DNA of 64,000 bases from Ylistrum balloti (GCF_031769215.1 NW_026782376.1:1364001-1428000); one strand, 5' to 3'; numbered from the stretch's first letter, positions 12,701-51,352 are shown. A program made the numbers and translations. The notes: generated from the sequence alone by a model not told the origin.

Positions 12701-15700
12701 CAATATGTGTTTCTGAAAGAGTGAACAAACTGTTGAAATCAATGTTTAACATATCAGGAGATGATCCAAATACTCACCCAGATGAACCGAAACTGCCCGC
12801 TCATCTCCAGGAACAACATCGAGACCCTCTCATTGTTAATCCAGAGGTAATTCATTCATTTTTCCCAGCCAGTTCTCCTTGGTTGGAATAATGCAGAATC
12901 AATTAAGAATTTAACAGGCTAAATCGTAAGGAAAAATAAAATATTATTGATGCTGACAGATCAAAAGATTAGCATATTTAAAAAAATAATACACCTTGGA
13001 TTAAGTATCTGGTATTGAACTGTCAGTGAAATATGGCATTAAGCCCATCTAGAAGTGTAAAGGGGTACGCTCCTCCAGAAATGTGTTTAAAGCCTAAATG
13101 TGATCTACATAGCTGAAAATGTTAGCAACCATGGAGATGATTTGACTGAAATGTCCTGGTAGCCTGACTGTGTAGCTGAGGCCTTCCTGGCTTCTGTTCA
13201 TACATATGCCTTTTGTAGAAATGTTGTTTACATGTTTATGTTGATTTTGTTTAGGATGTTGTAGAGAAATCCCATTTATCTGGGGATTACTTCAGTGCCT
13301 ATTTACATCAGAACTACATGGATTTCTTCATGAACCTGGATGATGTGGCAAGGGCATCGCAGTATCTAAGTGATGCAGACCATCTCACTGAGGACTGGGT
13401 TGTAAGCTTATCAGATTGCTGCACTTTGAGCTAAACAATAGATGTGAGATATGAGAAACTAAATAAAGTACTTGTCTAAGAAGAAACTTTGTACAAGACT
13501 CCGCAATTTTGAATTTGATAGGATGGAAGAGATGCAGGCTTTTCAGACAGCAGAAAGGACTGTCTGTAGTGGCTATAAACAGACATTCCTAATACAGACC
13601 CCTAATTACAATTAGTCTGGAATAATAGTGCTTGCTCTTTCAACAAATTCTTTTGCCTGAAATGCTTTTGCAGTTGTGAATGTGTTATAATATTTTTAAA
13701 GAGTTATGCCCTTACTAGATTTTTTCATCCAAATATGCATTTCCAATGGATATCTTTAATTTATACGAAATGATCATGTTTGACGGATGAACATGTCTTT
13801 TACAGTCTAGATCAGTGTTACAGCAATATGCAGCCTCAGTGGCCACAAGAGGGATCATTCATGCTAACTCTGCAAGAGCCAGATTTTCGTCAGGAGGGTC
13901 TGGACTTGGATGGAAACCGTTACACAAACCTCAGTGGTATTCTGCAATGAAACAGGTATTTAAGTCGTATATCCTTCCTCGGTCAATTTCGTCTGCAAGA
14001 GTAAACATTTTAAAAATATTTTGATTTCGCTAAAACTTTACGAAAATGATGTAAAGTCTTACAACTAGGGTTTATGTCTTGGCCCCCTGGACTTCTTTTA
14101 ATACACGATAAATACACTTTTGAGAGAAATTTATTTCAGGGTCTGTGTTCAATGAAAATGTCATGTCTCCTGTATTAAAAGAAAAGTTTTGATTGCCTGT
14201 AATAGATTTAAAACAGAATTATTAGAATAAATTTTCATGAGAAATAAGACTTGATGGATTCTGCAATTGTTGACATTTTTATCTACGGACATGTTTAGGT
14301 ATAAAATATGTAAGATTTTATTTTCTCCTTTTTTATTCCAGACCAGAGACAACTGTGATAGTGCCAGGGGCCTTTTTAAAGGTATTTAGATAAAGGATGC
14401 TGCAGACAAAAAAAAATCAACTGTTTTGTACCTACTTAATTATCATTACCAAGGTGTATGCCCTGGCTTATTTCATGGTTGGGGCATATAGTGTTACCCT
14501 TGTCATTCAGTCATAATTTTGTTTTGGCTCATTTACTCTTTCATTTATAGAGATACATATATACTTACTTAAGACCATGTGATGAAATGTATATATCTTC
14601 CCCCAGAATATGCCTGGACGCCAGAAATACTCCAAACAGAAATCCTGCCATATCTGTCCATCATCAACACCACACTGCACCAGCCAGGTGAGATGAGTAT
14701 AATGGACCTGCTAGTTATATACAATATATCTTGTACTACTGAAGGATTTAGATGACTTGTGGTCGATGCAGTGTTTATTACCTTTGTGAAAATACTTTCT
14801 TTACCAACATGCAGCCCATGCACGAGCATTTGAATTTTGTAAGAAATGACTAATTGTGGGGCAAGGATGGTTTATTGGAGAGTCTAATTAAGGGTCGGTT
14901 TTATTATATTGAATTACCATTGGAGGTGACTTAATGTGGGCCTCTTGCAGAATCGTTGGGTTTTCTGGCGTGTCTTCTACTAAGTTGATATTGGAAGGAC
15001 TGCATATTTTGCTTTCTTTCTGACCTTGTTTTGTCTTTCAGTACACTATTTTCTACTCTATGGTATCTCTCTGGATACCTGTCTTTAAATGACCCCGACT
15101 GTTGTAAGGATGAAAGAAAAAGCAACTAAAATTAAACACCAACAAGAAAAAGGGCATGCTAATAAAATTCTAATTCAAACCTTATACCTACGAAAAAAAA
15201 AATATACATGTATTTCTTCATTACGAACCTTTCTCTGGTTTTTCCTCTTTTCTCTGTTTAGGCTTTGATTGGCATGGCAGAGAGAAAGTCAGTCTCTCTC
15301 TTATAGTCTTTTTCTCTAGTAAAAGCTGATGACTGTTTTTGTTTCAGGTCAAGCTTCATTTTTACAAGAAATTTGCAGATTTTCTAAATTGAAGATACCT
15401 GGAAGGTAACTGATTTAATCAGTAGTGAAGAAAACAATATCATATCAAATTCATCATTTGATTCAGCTTTTCAAATGAGTTTTCAATTATATACATGTTC
15501 TGATGTGAGTACAATGTAAAAGACATACATATATCACTTATCTATTTGCCCATCTTTCATTGCGTGTAACAATCTCTGACATTATCTAAATTGTAGCCTT
15601 GATGCAAAAGCTTGTGATGTGTGTTAATCTCAAATCCCATAATTGACAACACTTTGAAGAAACATGATGCCAAATTATACTTTCTTCAAAGAAAATGTCC

Positions 15701-16317
15701 ATTTTAGGGACAGAAGAAAATTTTTAATTACCCTGATTGTATTCTTTGAATGAAATGTCTTCCAACTTGTGATATAGAGATGTGTTTATTTCTTTTTATA
15801 CCCCTGCCATGTCTGGCATGTTGTATCGCGTCCAATTTCCAAATCAGTGTCATATCTTTAGAACCTCCCGATAGAGATATTACCTCATAGTAACCTAAGA
15901 TCAAGTTCTATTCTTTTAAGGTAGTCAATGATTAAGGTTGAAGGTCAAGGATCACTTCAGACATTTCCACAAATTTGTCCAACAATGATACTTCTATGCA
16001 TATGAGCAATTGCAGTCATGTCTTACAGACTTTTTCTAGTTTTAAGAAGTAATATCTTGCATACCTCATGCTACCTCATGCTACCTCAGTTTATAAAATA
16101 TTTTACATGTGATAAAAATCATATTAAATGTTACAGGTCTGTAAAGTTGGATGAGAAAGATGTTGATTTTGACGAAACTCCTCCTTCGTCCCAAAAATTG
16201 GTGGTGCCGACTGTAGATGATAATGATGATGATGATGAAATCATCAGTAATAGCCAATCAAATGTCAGAACTTCTCAGGAAGAGGAGGAGTTCATTATTG
16301 AAGACTTTGATGACTGA
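3779..16317 (+). CDS. RAD17: Cell cycle checkpoint clamp loader RAD17, 18 coding exons, about 707 aa
   Basis: Hand-built exons: 3779-3781 (ATG only, least certain), 4161-4322, 5677-5976, 6633-6710, 7223-7376, 7849-7985, 8490-8542, 9383-9514, 10550-10619, 11127-11238, 11845-12021, 12758-12846, 13255-13401, 13806-13955, 14342-14381, 14607-14687, 15348-15405, 16137-16317. All are GT-AG, phases are consistent and the total is 2124 nt. Motifs: KWVTSSF, WSDKYAP, DLAVHKKKI, Walker A GQAGTGKT, degenerate Walker B VILVEEFPN, GDIRGAINTLQF, RDTSLFLFRALGKILYCKR, and an acidic tail IIEDFDD. Confidence 0.93.
9915..10390. mobile_element. HINE/DINE-like repeat in a RAD17 intron
   Basis: CCCC...GGGG short stem, CTGTCC-type microrepeat and TTTGACC motifs; family resemblance only. 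Confidence 0.35.
15791..16045. mobile_element. HINE/DINE-like repeat in the last RAD17 intron
   Basis: TTTTTATACCCC start, AAGGTCAAGG motif and ...CTTTTTCTAGTTT end; family resemblance only. Confidence 0.4.
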
Positions 16318-16388
16318 TGATGTGAATTACCTGTGTGGCTCTTTCTGCATGACGTGATGCAAGAGAAACAAATCAGGAGATACAGAAT

Positions 16389-16499
16389 GAAAACTGCTGG
16401 ATTTTTTGTGACAAATTGAAAACTGCTGGATTTTTGTGACAAATTGAAAACTGCTGGATTTTTGCGACAAATTGAAAACTGCTGGATGTTTTGTGACAA
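16389..16499. repeat. 28-bp tandem repeat, 4 copies, just 3' of the RAD17 stop
   Basis: GAAAACTGCTGGATTTTTGTGACAAATT x4 with minor variants. Confidence 0.9.
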
Positions 16500-19400
16500 T
16501 GCTACTGATTGATTAGTTGGACACACCACTAGTAGTATGACTCTGTGATTGTTGGATTATTTGACTACAATGCTCTACCTCTGTGACACACCTGAAAGAA
16601 ATACACCACACAGGCTACCACTTTGATTGTTTAGTTATATAAACTAGTGCTATGTCCATACCGAGCCACATCACATGTAAAATAATTAATTTTGGTATAT
16701 TTATTTTCATTGATTTGTTGGTACTTTTAATCCAGAAATTTGTATGTCCACAAAGTGATATAATAAGTTAAGGACATTTATATTTATACATGAAATCAAT
16801 GCCACGAAATGGTGAATTTTTGGAAAACCAGTAATATACACTACTTGGGGAGGATAACACAAACTTTGATTATTTTGAGATATAATTTCACAACGCTATG
16901 CATTCAAAACATTGCTGTAAATGAAAAAATCCTTGCTCAGGTATACAAAATGATTTTCCAAGTTTAAATGTTTTTGTTTAGTCGCATACTTATTTTGCAT
17001 TTGAAGTCATGTATTGTACAAAGTTTGTATGGAGAAGATGGAGTATGAATCTCACAATTACTGTACTAGATAGATTAGATAAGACAATGATAGAAGTCAT
17101 TACATTGTCTCAATGCCTTCTGTGGTTGTGATGACAAGGGTAAAAATACTTACTAGTTATAGTAATAAGCCCAGCTGTTTTTACTGCAGTTCAGAAGACA
17201 TATTAACAGATGCTGTTTAATTGTCTTGTTAGACCACCTGTTGACCCCCATCTTCCCTGGGGTTATTAAGAATAAATACTAAAGTGCTGCATGTCTGTTT
17301 AAATTCTGAGATTTATTTATTTCCATGTTTATTTGTTGGTAGAGTTGATGGCTTATTTGGATATCATGCAAATAATTATTCAAGTGCATCTCTACGGAAA
17401 GTTGACTGCATCCTTTTAGAGATAAAAGTAATTTTATGATTCATTTCTTGTAAAGCCAGAGAAAGTCATCAAATTAAAGATTTTTGATCCATTCCATGGA
17501 CCAATAGTGTCTCAGAGTAGAAATTGATTAATGTTTACATGGTAAGGTGTATACAGTAGTTGTATTTCAAACTTAGTGTTTTGAAACATTTGTCTGCATA
17601 TATTTGTTTTGCTTGTTAATATTTGTGTACTTTTGTTAAAATCTGAATTTGTTACTCTATGGTAGGAATCCTCATGTTCCTAAACATATTCTTTACTCTC
17701 ATCTTAACACTAATTCTCCTTTGCTATGAATATTTTCATATGGCCTTGACAGTTAAATAACTCCATACAAACAAACAAAAAAAAAGTAAATAGATTGTTT
17801 GTGTTGTTAATTGAAACTAATCATTATAGTTTAATTCTTGCCAGTTAAATTGTTTATGAAATCCAGAGACAACCACTTTAACTGATAATCACATTTAATC
17901 CTATTTCAGAACTAGATATTAATTTAATATTATACAACAATAATAGTGTGCAAAAAATTTATTCCAGTAAGTTTAGTCATTGTCATTCAGCGGTGTGTAA
18001 CTTTCCCTGATACAGAAAAGCAGTGTCATCAACATTTTATGTACATGCCTCTAAAAGATTGGTTTTAGGTTCATTAGAAAATAAATCAACATTGTAAGGT
18101 CTGTCTTTATTTCATACACCAATAGCCCTTGTCCTACTTGTCAAACCAGTAAACAAAAACGGCCAAACTGGACAATGCTTTAATAAAGGGAGATAATCTT
18201 GAATTTTGTCCGTATGCAGGACTCAGCATTCAGCCTTCTTTTTAAATGCGAATGTTATGTAATGTCATCATTTCGTTTTTGTATAAAGAAGTCACTGATA
18301 TATTTTAATAATCAGTAATATTTGTACTGTTTATAGTATTAGCCTACTATCATAAAAAATGCCCAAAATCCTGGCCCATGGTCTGTTTGTATGGATTCTT
18401 GTTTCTATTTCTTGCTGATACTGGATGGTAAATTTTATATGTAGATTCTTTTGGGTCCTAGTTGTGCTCTTTTGATGACCGGACTGATCAGAAACAAAGA
18501 CTTGACAATTAATTATTATTTAGGTTATTTGTTGAATTTACAAATTTCATTTAATTAACATCAAGAACAGAGGAAAGAATATGAAAGAAAGAAAAAAATC
18601 ATCTTCAAAAGAACAAACCGAAACAATGGTTAATGCTGTGACCCTGAAGTATTTTGTATACAAAGTCATTTTTTAACACATTAGTAACTGATTTCATCAT
18701 TTAAAATTCAGGTATATACCCGAAATTTCCTTGTTGATTTATTGAACTGGTTATGAAAATTTGAAAACTGTCGATTTTGCAGTCATTAGTTTTCCCTCTC
18801 ATTCTAGGTAGAGATATTTTAGCCAATTAATAAGCCGTAAGTTAATCGAAACTTTAGTAGTTGAAGCTATTTTTGAAACTCTTTAACAGACCAAGGACAA
18901 ATGATAATGTTCACAAAACACATAAGTATGGGAAATTTTGAACCTTTATCCATAATAGTTATAAGGTGCTGATGTACTATATTCTGATGTTTTCTCAAGA
19001 ACACTCTAAAATAAATGTATATAAAAAATCTCAACGAAAGTAATTCTTTGTCGCGATTGCAGAGTGACGCCCCTTTGTACACGCATCATTCCAATGTATT
19101 GAGAGCATTATCTAGAGTATTGGAAGAAAATGGAAATGTTTGATTTTACATTGGTGTAGTTATGGTCAATCTGGTGAAAAAATCGTGGTCTATCTGGTGA
19201 AAAAATCAATATATTTCCTTACACTATATACCATATCGTCTGACGCCTTCTAATCGCTTATCTCATCAACTGTTTACATGTTTGACCTGTCATCTTGCTG
19301 TGACTGTTCCCTCTAAATGATCTGACAAACGTCTCATTCCTTTTCCACTGTAGGGCAACATTCCTTTTGACTGATAGAGTTGAAGTTTCGAACGATGGTG

Positions 19401-22400
19401 AGATACGATGAATTTGCTGGTATCGGAATGTGCCAACAGACTGAACCAGGCTACTTATCGAAGTTTGTGATCTCCTCAGTTCCTCTTTAGTACTTCCAAT
19501 CCAACATACTTTTATCATAGCGTTGGGCAGCCAACATAGCATAACTGTGAACTATAAATAGAAGGACAGGTAACACAAATTAAAAAAAATGTGAAAGATA
19601 TTGAAATTTGGGATTTTCGGGTAATTGAAAGGCTTCTTTTTTCATATAGTTGATTCTGTATATGGGAAAATTTGACCGTTTTAACCTCTTGTAAATAGGG
19701 CCAAAATAAAAGGTGAGATGGAAGTTTTCAGTGTAAGTTGAAATAACTGACTTTTCTTTTAGAGCGAATTTAACAATGGGTGAAAATGGCCAGTTTTATG
19801 AGAAGGCATTGAAAAACACGGAGCGAATGTTTCTGCGTGTTTATGGTTCAGGACGGGCCAAATGAAGAGATGGTGAAACTGTGCACATTACAAAGTTCGG
19901 GTTCACGAACAGTATATTTTACTGGATAAATTAGATGAACGATTCTTAATTAATCATATGTAGAATTAGGATTAACTTTAAACATAATGTCCTTGTGCAG
20001 AAAACTTTCATTTTTGAAATTGATATTGTAAAATGTTCCTTGTAAAAACCTGTACATGGTATAAGTATCGACTTAATGCCGTTTTGTTGAAAATAAAATA
20101 ATTAATGAATGGTGTTTTCTTGTTATCAGTGGTTGGCTTAGTGACCAGCAAACTATCAAAAACTTTATTATCCTTGATGTAAAGATTCATTTTCTAATTT
20201 GGAAAACCTATGACGGACATTAAAAAACGGAATCGAACCCACAGAAGTGTGATTTAGGCAACTTTAAGATATCTTTATTTGGAATGTTGGAATACAAATC
20301 ATGTGAAAAAAATACAAATTAAGCATGTTAATAGTTAGAGATCAAAAGTCTATTCATTAATTTGAATTATGAATTGAAAACAATTTGGATACTTGCGAGT
20401 CGTGTCATAAATGCGAGCACACCTATTTAGTTTAAAACCCATATGAAATCTAATGATTTTTCCTTCACACGTTCCGGTAAAATCTAGAGATAAGATCTGT
20501 AATGAACGTTCATACGTTCTGGTTGTATAAGTAATGATATTGTTAAATAGAAGTAGCTGTAACACCTGCCTAGTAAATGTATGATAGTCCTGTGCTAACT
20601 GAATCAGTGCTGTGTACCGATATGTACTCTGCCCCTGGTATCGTTTGTTCCTCTTTGTGTTTTTGGATGGAGCCCTGGACGACGGCTCTAGCGAGGAGAT
20701 ATCGTTAATGTAAGATTGTGTTTTGTAAATCTACTAGTTAGCTACCAGGATTCTGACCCTTATACACTTTCTGGTTTCTACCGATAAGCAGACAATCTCA
20801 CTCAGCAATATCTGTCTGGATTATAAAATACTGGTCGTGTTATGGTAAAGAAAACATTTAGCAGTTTGAGACGGTATGCAGGGTGAAAATTATGGAAAAT
20901 TATCTTTGCTTGAAAGTTCTGATACTATTCTTTGATAGGTCTTGAATTATTTTAAATTCTGGCCGGTTGTAAAAGTATACCAAACCAAAATTATATCATT
21001 GGTATTGTCAATCTCGTAAATATCCCACATTCTAATGTACTGGATGTTATCCAAGTTGGCCTACTTGTTTGTTTAATGGGTTTATCGCCTTGTGAATATT
21101 CGAACTTATTTTCGGACCGGGTTTTCGTGTAGTGTCTGGTGGTAACTCACCGAACAACATGCGGGAGGATCGTCACATAGTATACAAAACAATGGGGTAA
21201 AGCGTCTTTCACAAAGACACAATCACTGTACAGTACAGGGAGGTTCGTGATCACGGCTTCCTAAGAAACACTCTCCGGCACGAGCGGGGTCCTGAGATCG
21301 ATCTTCAATTAAACACATTGAGCTTGAATCGTTTAAGTATCGGATTTCAAATATAGTCATTTTGGAAGTTACAAGAGCTAGTTTCGGTCGCTATTCGCAT
21401 TCACGCCAGTCTGTGGGACACTGTAAACAGTGACGAGTTTATAATTTTGGAAATATGTCACCCAAATTTCCCATTACGTGTACCTTTTGTCCCTGAGGAA
21501 ATGGTCGAAAGCTTGTATTTCGTCCCATGAACTCTCAGATCTCCGAACCTTGACTGAATTCGCTGGGACCTTAAGATATTGCGACAGATTTCCCTGGATA
21601 ACTCAAGCGTACACCAAGGTCACGCGAAGTTCACTATCCTTATCATACGGGGTAGATATAACCCGTATGTACATCCAACTATACGGTCACCGCAGTGGCG
21701 GGATAAATTCTGTTTATTTTTTAACAAATGACTGCACTGTCATCCGCCTACCACTGGTATTCTGGTATTGTATACTGTACTCTGACGACCCTCCAAGATT
21801 TGAAACCCCAAATGCCGGGGGGAAATGTTCTTCATTTGGTTACATTTAAAACGAAATTCTATATCCATATATACCTCTACCCCTCTACATAAGCAATATA
21901 CTCTTAAATTCGTTTCATATGATGTATTATGAAACTACTTTTAGAAGTTTTGATTTTTTGCGAGCTTTGGCCAGACGAGTTTCATAAAATCTCATGAAAT
22001 GAAAAAAAAAACCCTTTTATCACATAACTCATAAAGGTTATATTTTGACAGGTGAAATAAAAGAAAAAACAGAGACGTTACGGCATTGTTCATATTATTA
22101 CATCGCAATCGATTGCTGACCGGAACAGCCATTAAAAAACGTTTCAGTGTATACACTAGTGACATAAACGCAAAATTGTTACATGGACAAATTCATTTTG
22201 CAAGAAGTACTTCGTGATGAATATTGATATATTGATGTAAAAGTTCAAAATGATATGATATTATCTGTAATGTTTTGTAATGTAATACAACATAATTTGT
22301 TGTTGTGTAGAGGAAGTTAGTATGAAAATATGAAGCTGATTAATGTAAATCCGGGAGGGCGCAACAAGCAGGTGATAAACAAAACACAGTCATTGTGTGA

Positions 22401-24194
22401 TTAAAAATAAATACACGTATTAAGTGAAAAGTTTGAATATACGATCAATATACCAATCGTATTAAGCCTTGATAGTAAATATTTCGCCATGAATGTAGTC
22501 TTAGTTTCTGTATAGAACATCTATCATTTGTATCTGCTTGTACTACATTTCTTATAAAAGAATACATAACACTATTGTCATTATTAGTTACAAAAAAATC
22601 TGTATCATCATTTCTGGAAAGAAAAAAAAAGTTGTTAAAAGAGAAACAAACAAAAACCAAAACAAGAAAAAAAGTCAAAGCAAGTACTTGTTCTTTGTTC
22701 ATAAATCGTTCTGGATTGTATGTGACGGACCTCCTGTATGTTGTTCAGGAAGGTAGCCATCAGCCGCTACAAGGAGACTCCGACTATAATGACCTTGGCT
22801 GTTGACCAAGCGATGAAGTAAACAAATAAAATGGTAAACAACATTTCCTACTGTTATCTATGTATGACTAGACACAACATTAATTGTGCATTTTGATGTG
22901 AGTTTATTGTTTATCATATGTACGTGACCTCGGTTCACACACACCTATGTCTGGGTGAAGTAGAGAACTTTTTAAATTCTTTGTATACGTGCGTTGATTC
23001 ACACAGTTTACATAGATATATATACACTCTCTCATCCTCACACACCTACAATTTGTATACTACAAACACAAACAAGTGACGATAAACACACACGTATACA
23101 GTACATACAGAGGCCATTAACAACGTCCTTAGTTAGCGCTGACGACATAATTATGTAAAATTACCGGATCTGTGAGATATACACTGTAATACGTAAATTG
23201 TCCCGTACATCACATGTCCATTTGTGTCTCTTGTCACAATCTGTTTACACGCGGTCCTCTAAAGCGTTGCTGTAATAGTGGTACTACGAGAGCTTTGCAT
23301 GACGGACACAGTAAGAAGTAAGTCTAAACTACATAACGAAACCTGTCTAATCTGGTACCCTGTTAGACCGCATACTGTCCAGATTACACACAGTAAATGG
23401 ATTTACATGTCTTATTTAATAACCTTTCTGTAACGAAATCACACCGTATTAGGTAGGGTGTCAGAATAAGCTTTGTGTACATATCCAATATCAATACCCT
23501 TTATATAAGTGTAGTTGTGAGTAACTTTCCTATGTTGACCGACGTATCGTTGCATTCCCTTTTTTCCGTCATAAATTGACATTTTAAACGGTTATGTAGA
23601 ATTGCACATCCGGTTATGCGAAGTGCCCGAGTGTTTACTTGAGGATAAAAAACAAAGGTTATCGATAAATATGTTTTCTTTTCTATTCCAAGTCTTTAAA
23701 TATATGATATTTTTAACTTCAATAACAATAATATTTGGATTCAAGGAGTGTAATGGGGCAAGATGGCCATATCTTTAACAAAACATTCATTACTCATATA
23801 CAAACTTCGGCATATGTTATCTTCATTCATATGTGTGCCCGGTGTCAGGTACAACAAATACAACTATGTTAAATTTATATATCGTTCTTTTGTTTAGATT
23901 GTGCAGGAATCCTTGGAGTTGTCCCAATTCATATGCAGTTCTTGTTGTGATTGGCTGTTCGGAAAGTCGCTTGGGGCGCAGGTCAACATACTCCTGTAGC
24001 TAGTTACTTCAAAGATATACAGTACCTGAAAGATAATATCAACGATGGTACATGACTACGAGTAAGTTCGGTCTTTTGTGAAAAACAGCGTCAGTTCGTC
24101 TATTATATCATTAACACACGCTGGGTTGTCTTCACTGAGATCAAGAAATACTAAAAAAAATTGAGGTTTGTGCACAGTTTGTGCAATCCTGAAA

Positions 24195-48715
<24,521 letters not shown>

Positions 48716-49381
48716 ACATATAAATTTTTTAAAAATGTAAAATGAAATAAAATCACAAATATATAAATAAATCGAATTATATCATTTCTTGGAATGATAA
48801 CTCTAGTTTTTGCCCGATTAAGACATCAAAAATTATTTACTAAAGATAAAATCAAATATCCGAACATAGATTTATTAGATTGAACTTATATTTTGAAATA
48901 AAATTATTCAAACGATAAAGATCAATATTCTTCGTCTTTCTGATCGATTTGATATGAATAAAATCTACGTAATGGTTATGATGTGTTGATCTTTTGTTAC
49001 TATGAGACGAAGATAGATTTTGTTTAAGTATGATTTCTTCTTGGCGTGAAAAACATTTGGTTTTCTGATGTTCTATATATCGGAGTTTCCGTTTATAACT
49101 TTGAACGTCATTTTTTTCAGTAGAGCGGTTTTAGGTTATTAAAAAAAACCAAACAAACAAAAAACTTGATAATGAAAGGTCAATGCCTGATGTTTATTAT
49201 AATAAATCCCAATATGTGATAGTTATAATATAATTCCATAAATCATGAACTGCTAATTACTACTGTGTGTAAAAACAGGACAAAATACACATTTCTATCG
49301 AGTGCCCATACAGAAATCGACCCCGGGTTTCCGTTTTGGTTATCGTGACTCTGCCAGCTGAACCGATGAAGCAAGCTCCGC

Positions 49382-49745
49382 CAGCTGAGTGACAGAGACT
49401 CTATAAAACTTTATATAAGCCACACCGACCCGTCAGCTGAGTGACAGAGACTCTATAACGCTTTATACAAGCCACACCGACCCGTCAGCTGAGTGACAGA
49501 GACTCTATAAAACTTTATACAAGCCACACCGACCCGTCAGCTGAGTGACAGAGACTCTATAACGCTTTATACAAGCCACACCGACCCGTCAGCTGAGTGA
49601 CAGAGACTCTATAAAACTTTATACAAGCCACACCGACCCGTCAGCTGTGTGACAGAGACTCTATAACGCTTTATACAAGCCACACCGACCCGTCAGCTGA
49701 GTGACAGAGACTCTATAACGCTTTATACGAGCCACACCAACCCGC
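49382..49745. repeat. 52-bp minisatellite, 7 copies
   Basis: Unit CAGCTGAGTGACAGAGACTCTATAA(AA/CG)CTTTATACAAGCCACACCGACCCGT starts at 49382, 49434, 49486, 49538, 49590, 49642 and 49694. Confidence 0.95.
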
Positions 49746-51148
49746 CGCTTTTACAATACATTTGAATTATTTGCCACTCTCGTATTTTTAGTTTCCTTAT
49801 ACATGGTGACAGCAAGTAATTATATTCAAAATATAGGATCAGTCACTAAGCCACAGATATTATTAAAACTCGTGTTTGTATTTTCTCTTTACAAGTTACA
49901 TTGAAGTTAAAGAGTACGCAGCAAATGTAAATATTGGGTGTTGATAATGTATGTGAATATGTTCAATTAAAAAATATAACAAGGTATTTGAATATGCCGT
50001 GCAGTGTGTTATAACTATACAACTTTTCATGTCTGCAGTATCACACACCAAATAGCATTATTATGACGTCATAACTAAATGACGACATATGATTGACTTG
50101 GTACTAAGAACTATAATCGAGTCCAAATATTCCATTTTCAAAGGAATACTGATTTGAGAACCAAAGATAAGTGGGCAACTCAAATTAATAGCAATGTATT
50201 TATTTTGTCGCTTTGCATTCTGTGCTGGGGATATTGCTAAAACTCTCTTCGTGACAAAAAGGAGATGTTAATTAAAAATGTACGATGAAACAGAAGACAC
50301 GCGTGTAAATAGATAGACTAGCATTATATTCATCATGTCCTACAGAGACACATCACTGGAATTGTATCCTGGTGTCTCCTGATTATAATGGAGTTTCTTT
50401 TTCGTGTGTTGATTGACTTATTTACAGTTTTCCGTCTCCGTGACACATCCCGTGTCCGGGTATCATTTCATCTGTTCTGGTGACGTGTTTTCGTGTGTTC
50501 ATTTTGTTCTTGATAAATATTTTTGATTGTTCCGCAAAAACAATATGAAAGAATTTCATATGTTTTGGCTATATATATGGATAGCACCAAATAGCAGTGT
50601 TATACGAATGTAACCTGCAGTATACATGTATATTAAATGAAAATGTCTTTCCTTGTCTGTATACATAAATCAGAATAATAATGGAGCTCTCAAATTTTAA
50701 TCATAAAAATCTTTAAAGCGATTTGTCTAGCCACTTTGATTGATTATGAAAGGATTATATGGTGTGTATAAAATCCCTTATTTATGAATTTACTCATGTA
50801 TGTACAAATATTGATTAACTGGCGTTACAAGTTTATGGTAGTGTATTGTTCCAGTATTTACAAATATAACTACATTGTAACGATCAAAAATATATTCAAT
50901 AAATCCCAAATGGAGATAGAGAATTCGCTTTGTCGCTGAGGATATATCTTAGCGTGCTAATCCATTGCCAGTAATCCTGCTTTGTGTACTTAACCCTGTG
51001 CACTAATGACCAGGTCTTTGTGAAATAAATGTAAATTGGTACAACAAACATTGAGAGTACAGATATACGACAACTTAATTGGTGTAAAGCTTCCAACAGC
51101 TATGTCTTCCCTAGACTATCCAGAGACAATGATATTAGAAAGACATTA

Positions 51149-51352
51149 CGACCGGCAAAAATGGTAACGTGAAAGTAGGATCGCGACCAGCAGAAATAGT
51201 AATGTGAAAATAGGATCGCGACCAGCAGAAATGGTAATGTGAAAAGAGGATCGCGACAGCAGAAATAGTAATGTGAAAATAGGATCGCGACAGCAGAAAC
51301 AGTAATGTGAAAATAGGATCGCGACCAGCAGAAACAGTAATGTGAAAATTGG
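51149..51352. repeat. 34-35-bp minisatellite, about 6 copies
   Basis: Unit approximately CGACCAGCAGAAATAGTAATGTGAAAATAGGATCG starts at 51149, 51184, 51219, 51254, 51288 and 51322. Confidence 0.9.

Noticed and set aside
21478-21849. 123-aa plus-strand ORF as a gene
   Set aside because: Non-ATG start, no recognisable domain and no supporting exon chain.
49135-49170. A-rich tract as the poly(A) remnant of the converting cDNA
   Set aside because: It is short and interrupted, such tracts are common in this genome, no TSD is visible, and gene conversion need not leave a tail.
49382-49745. Tandem arrays here and at 25.4 kb and 51.2 kb as CRISPR arrays
   Set aside because: The units are head-to-tail with no unique spacers, there are no cas genes, and the context is eukaryotic.
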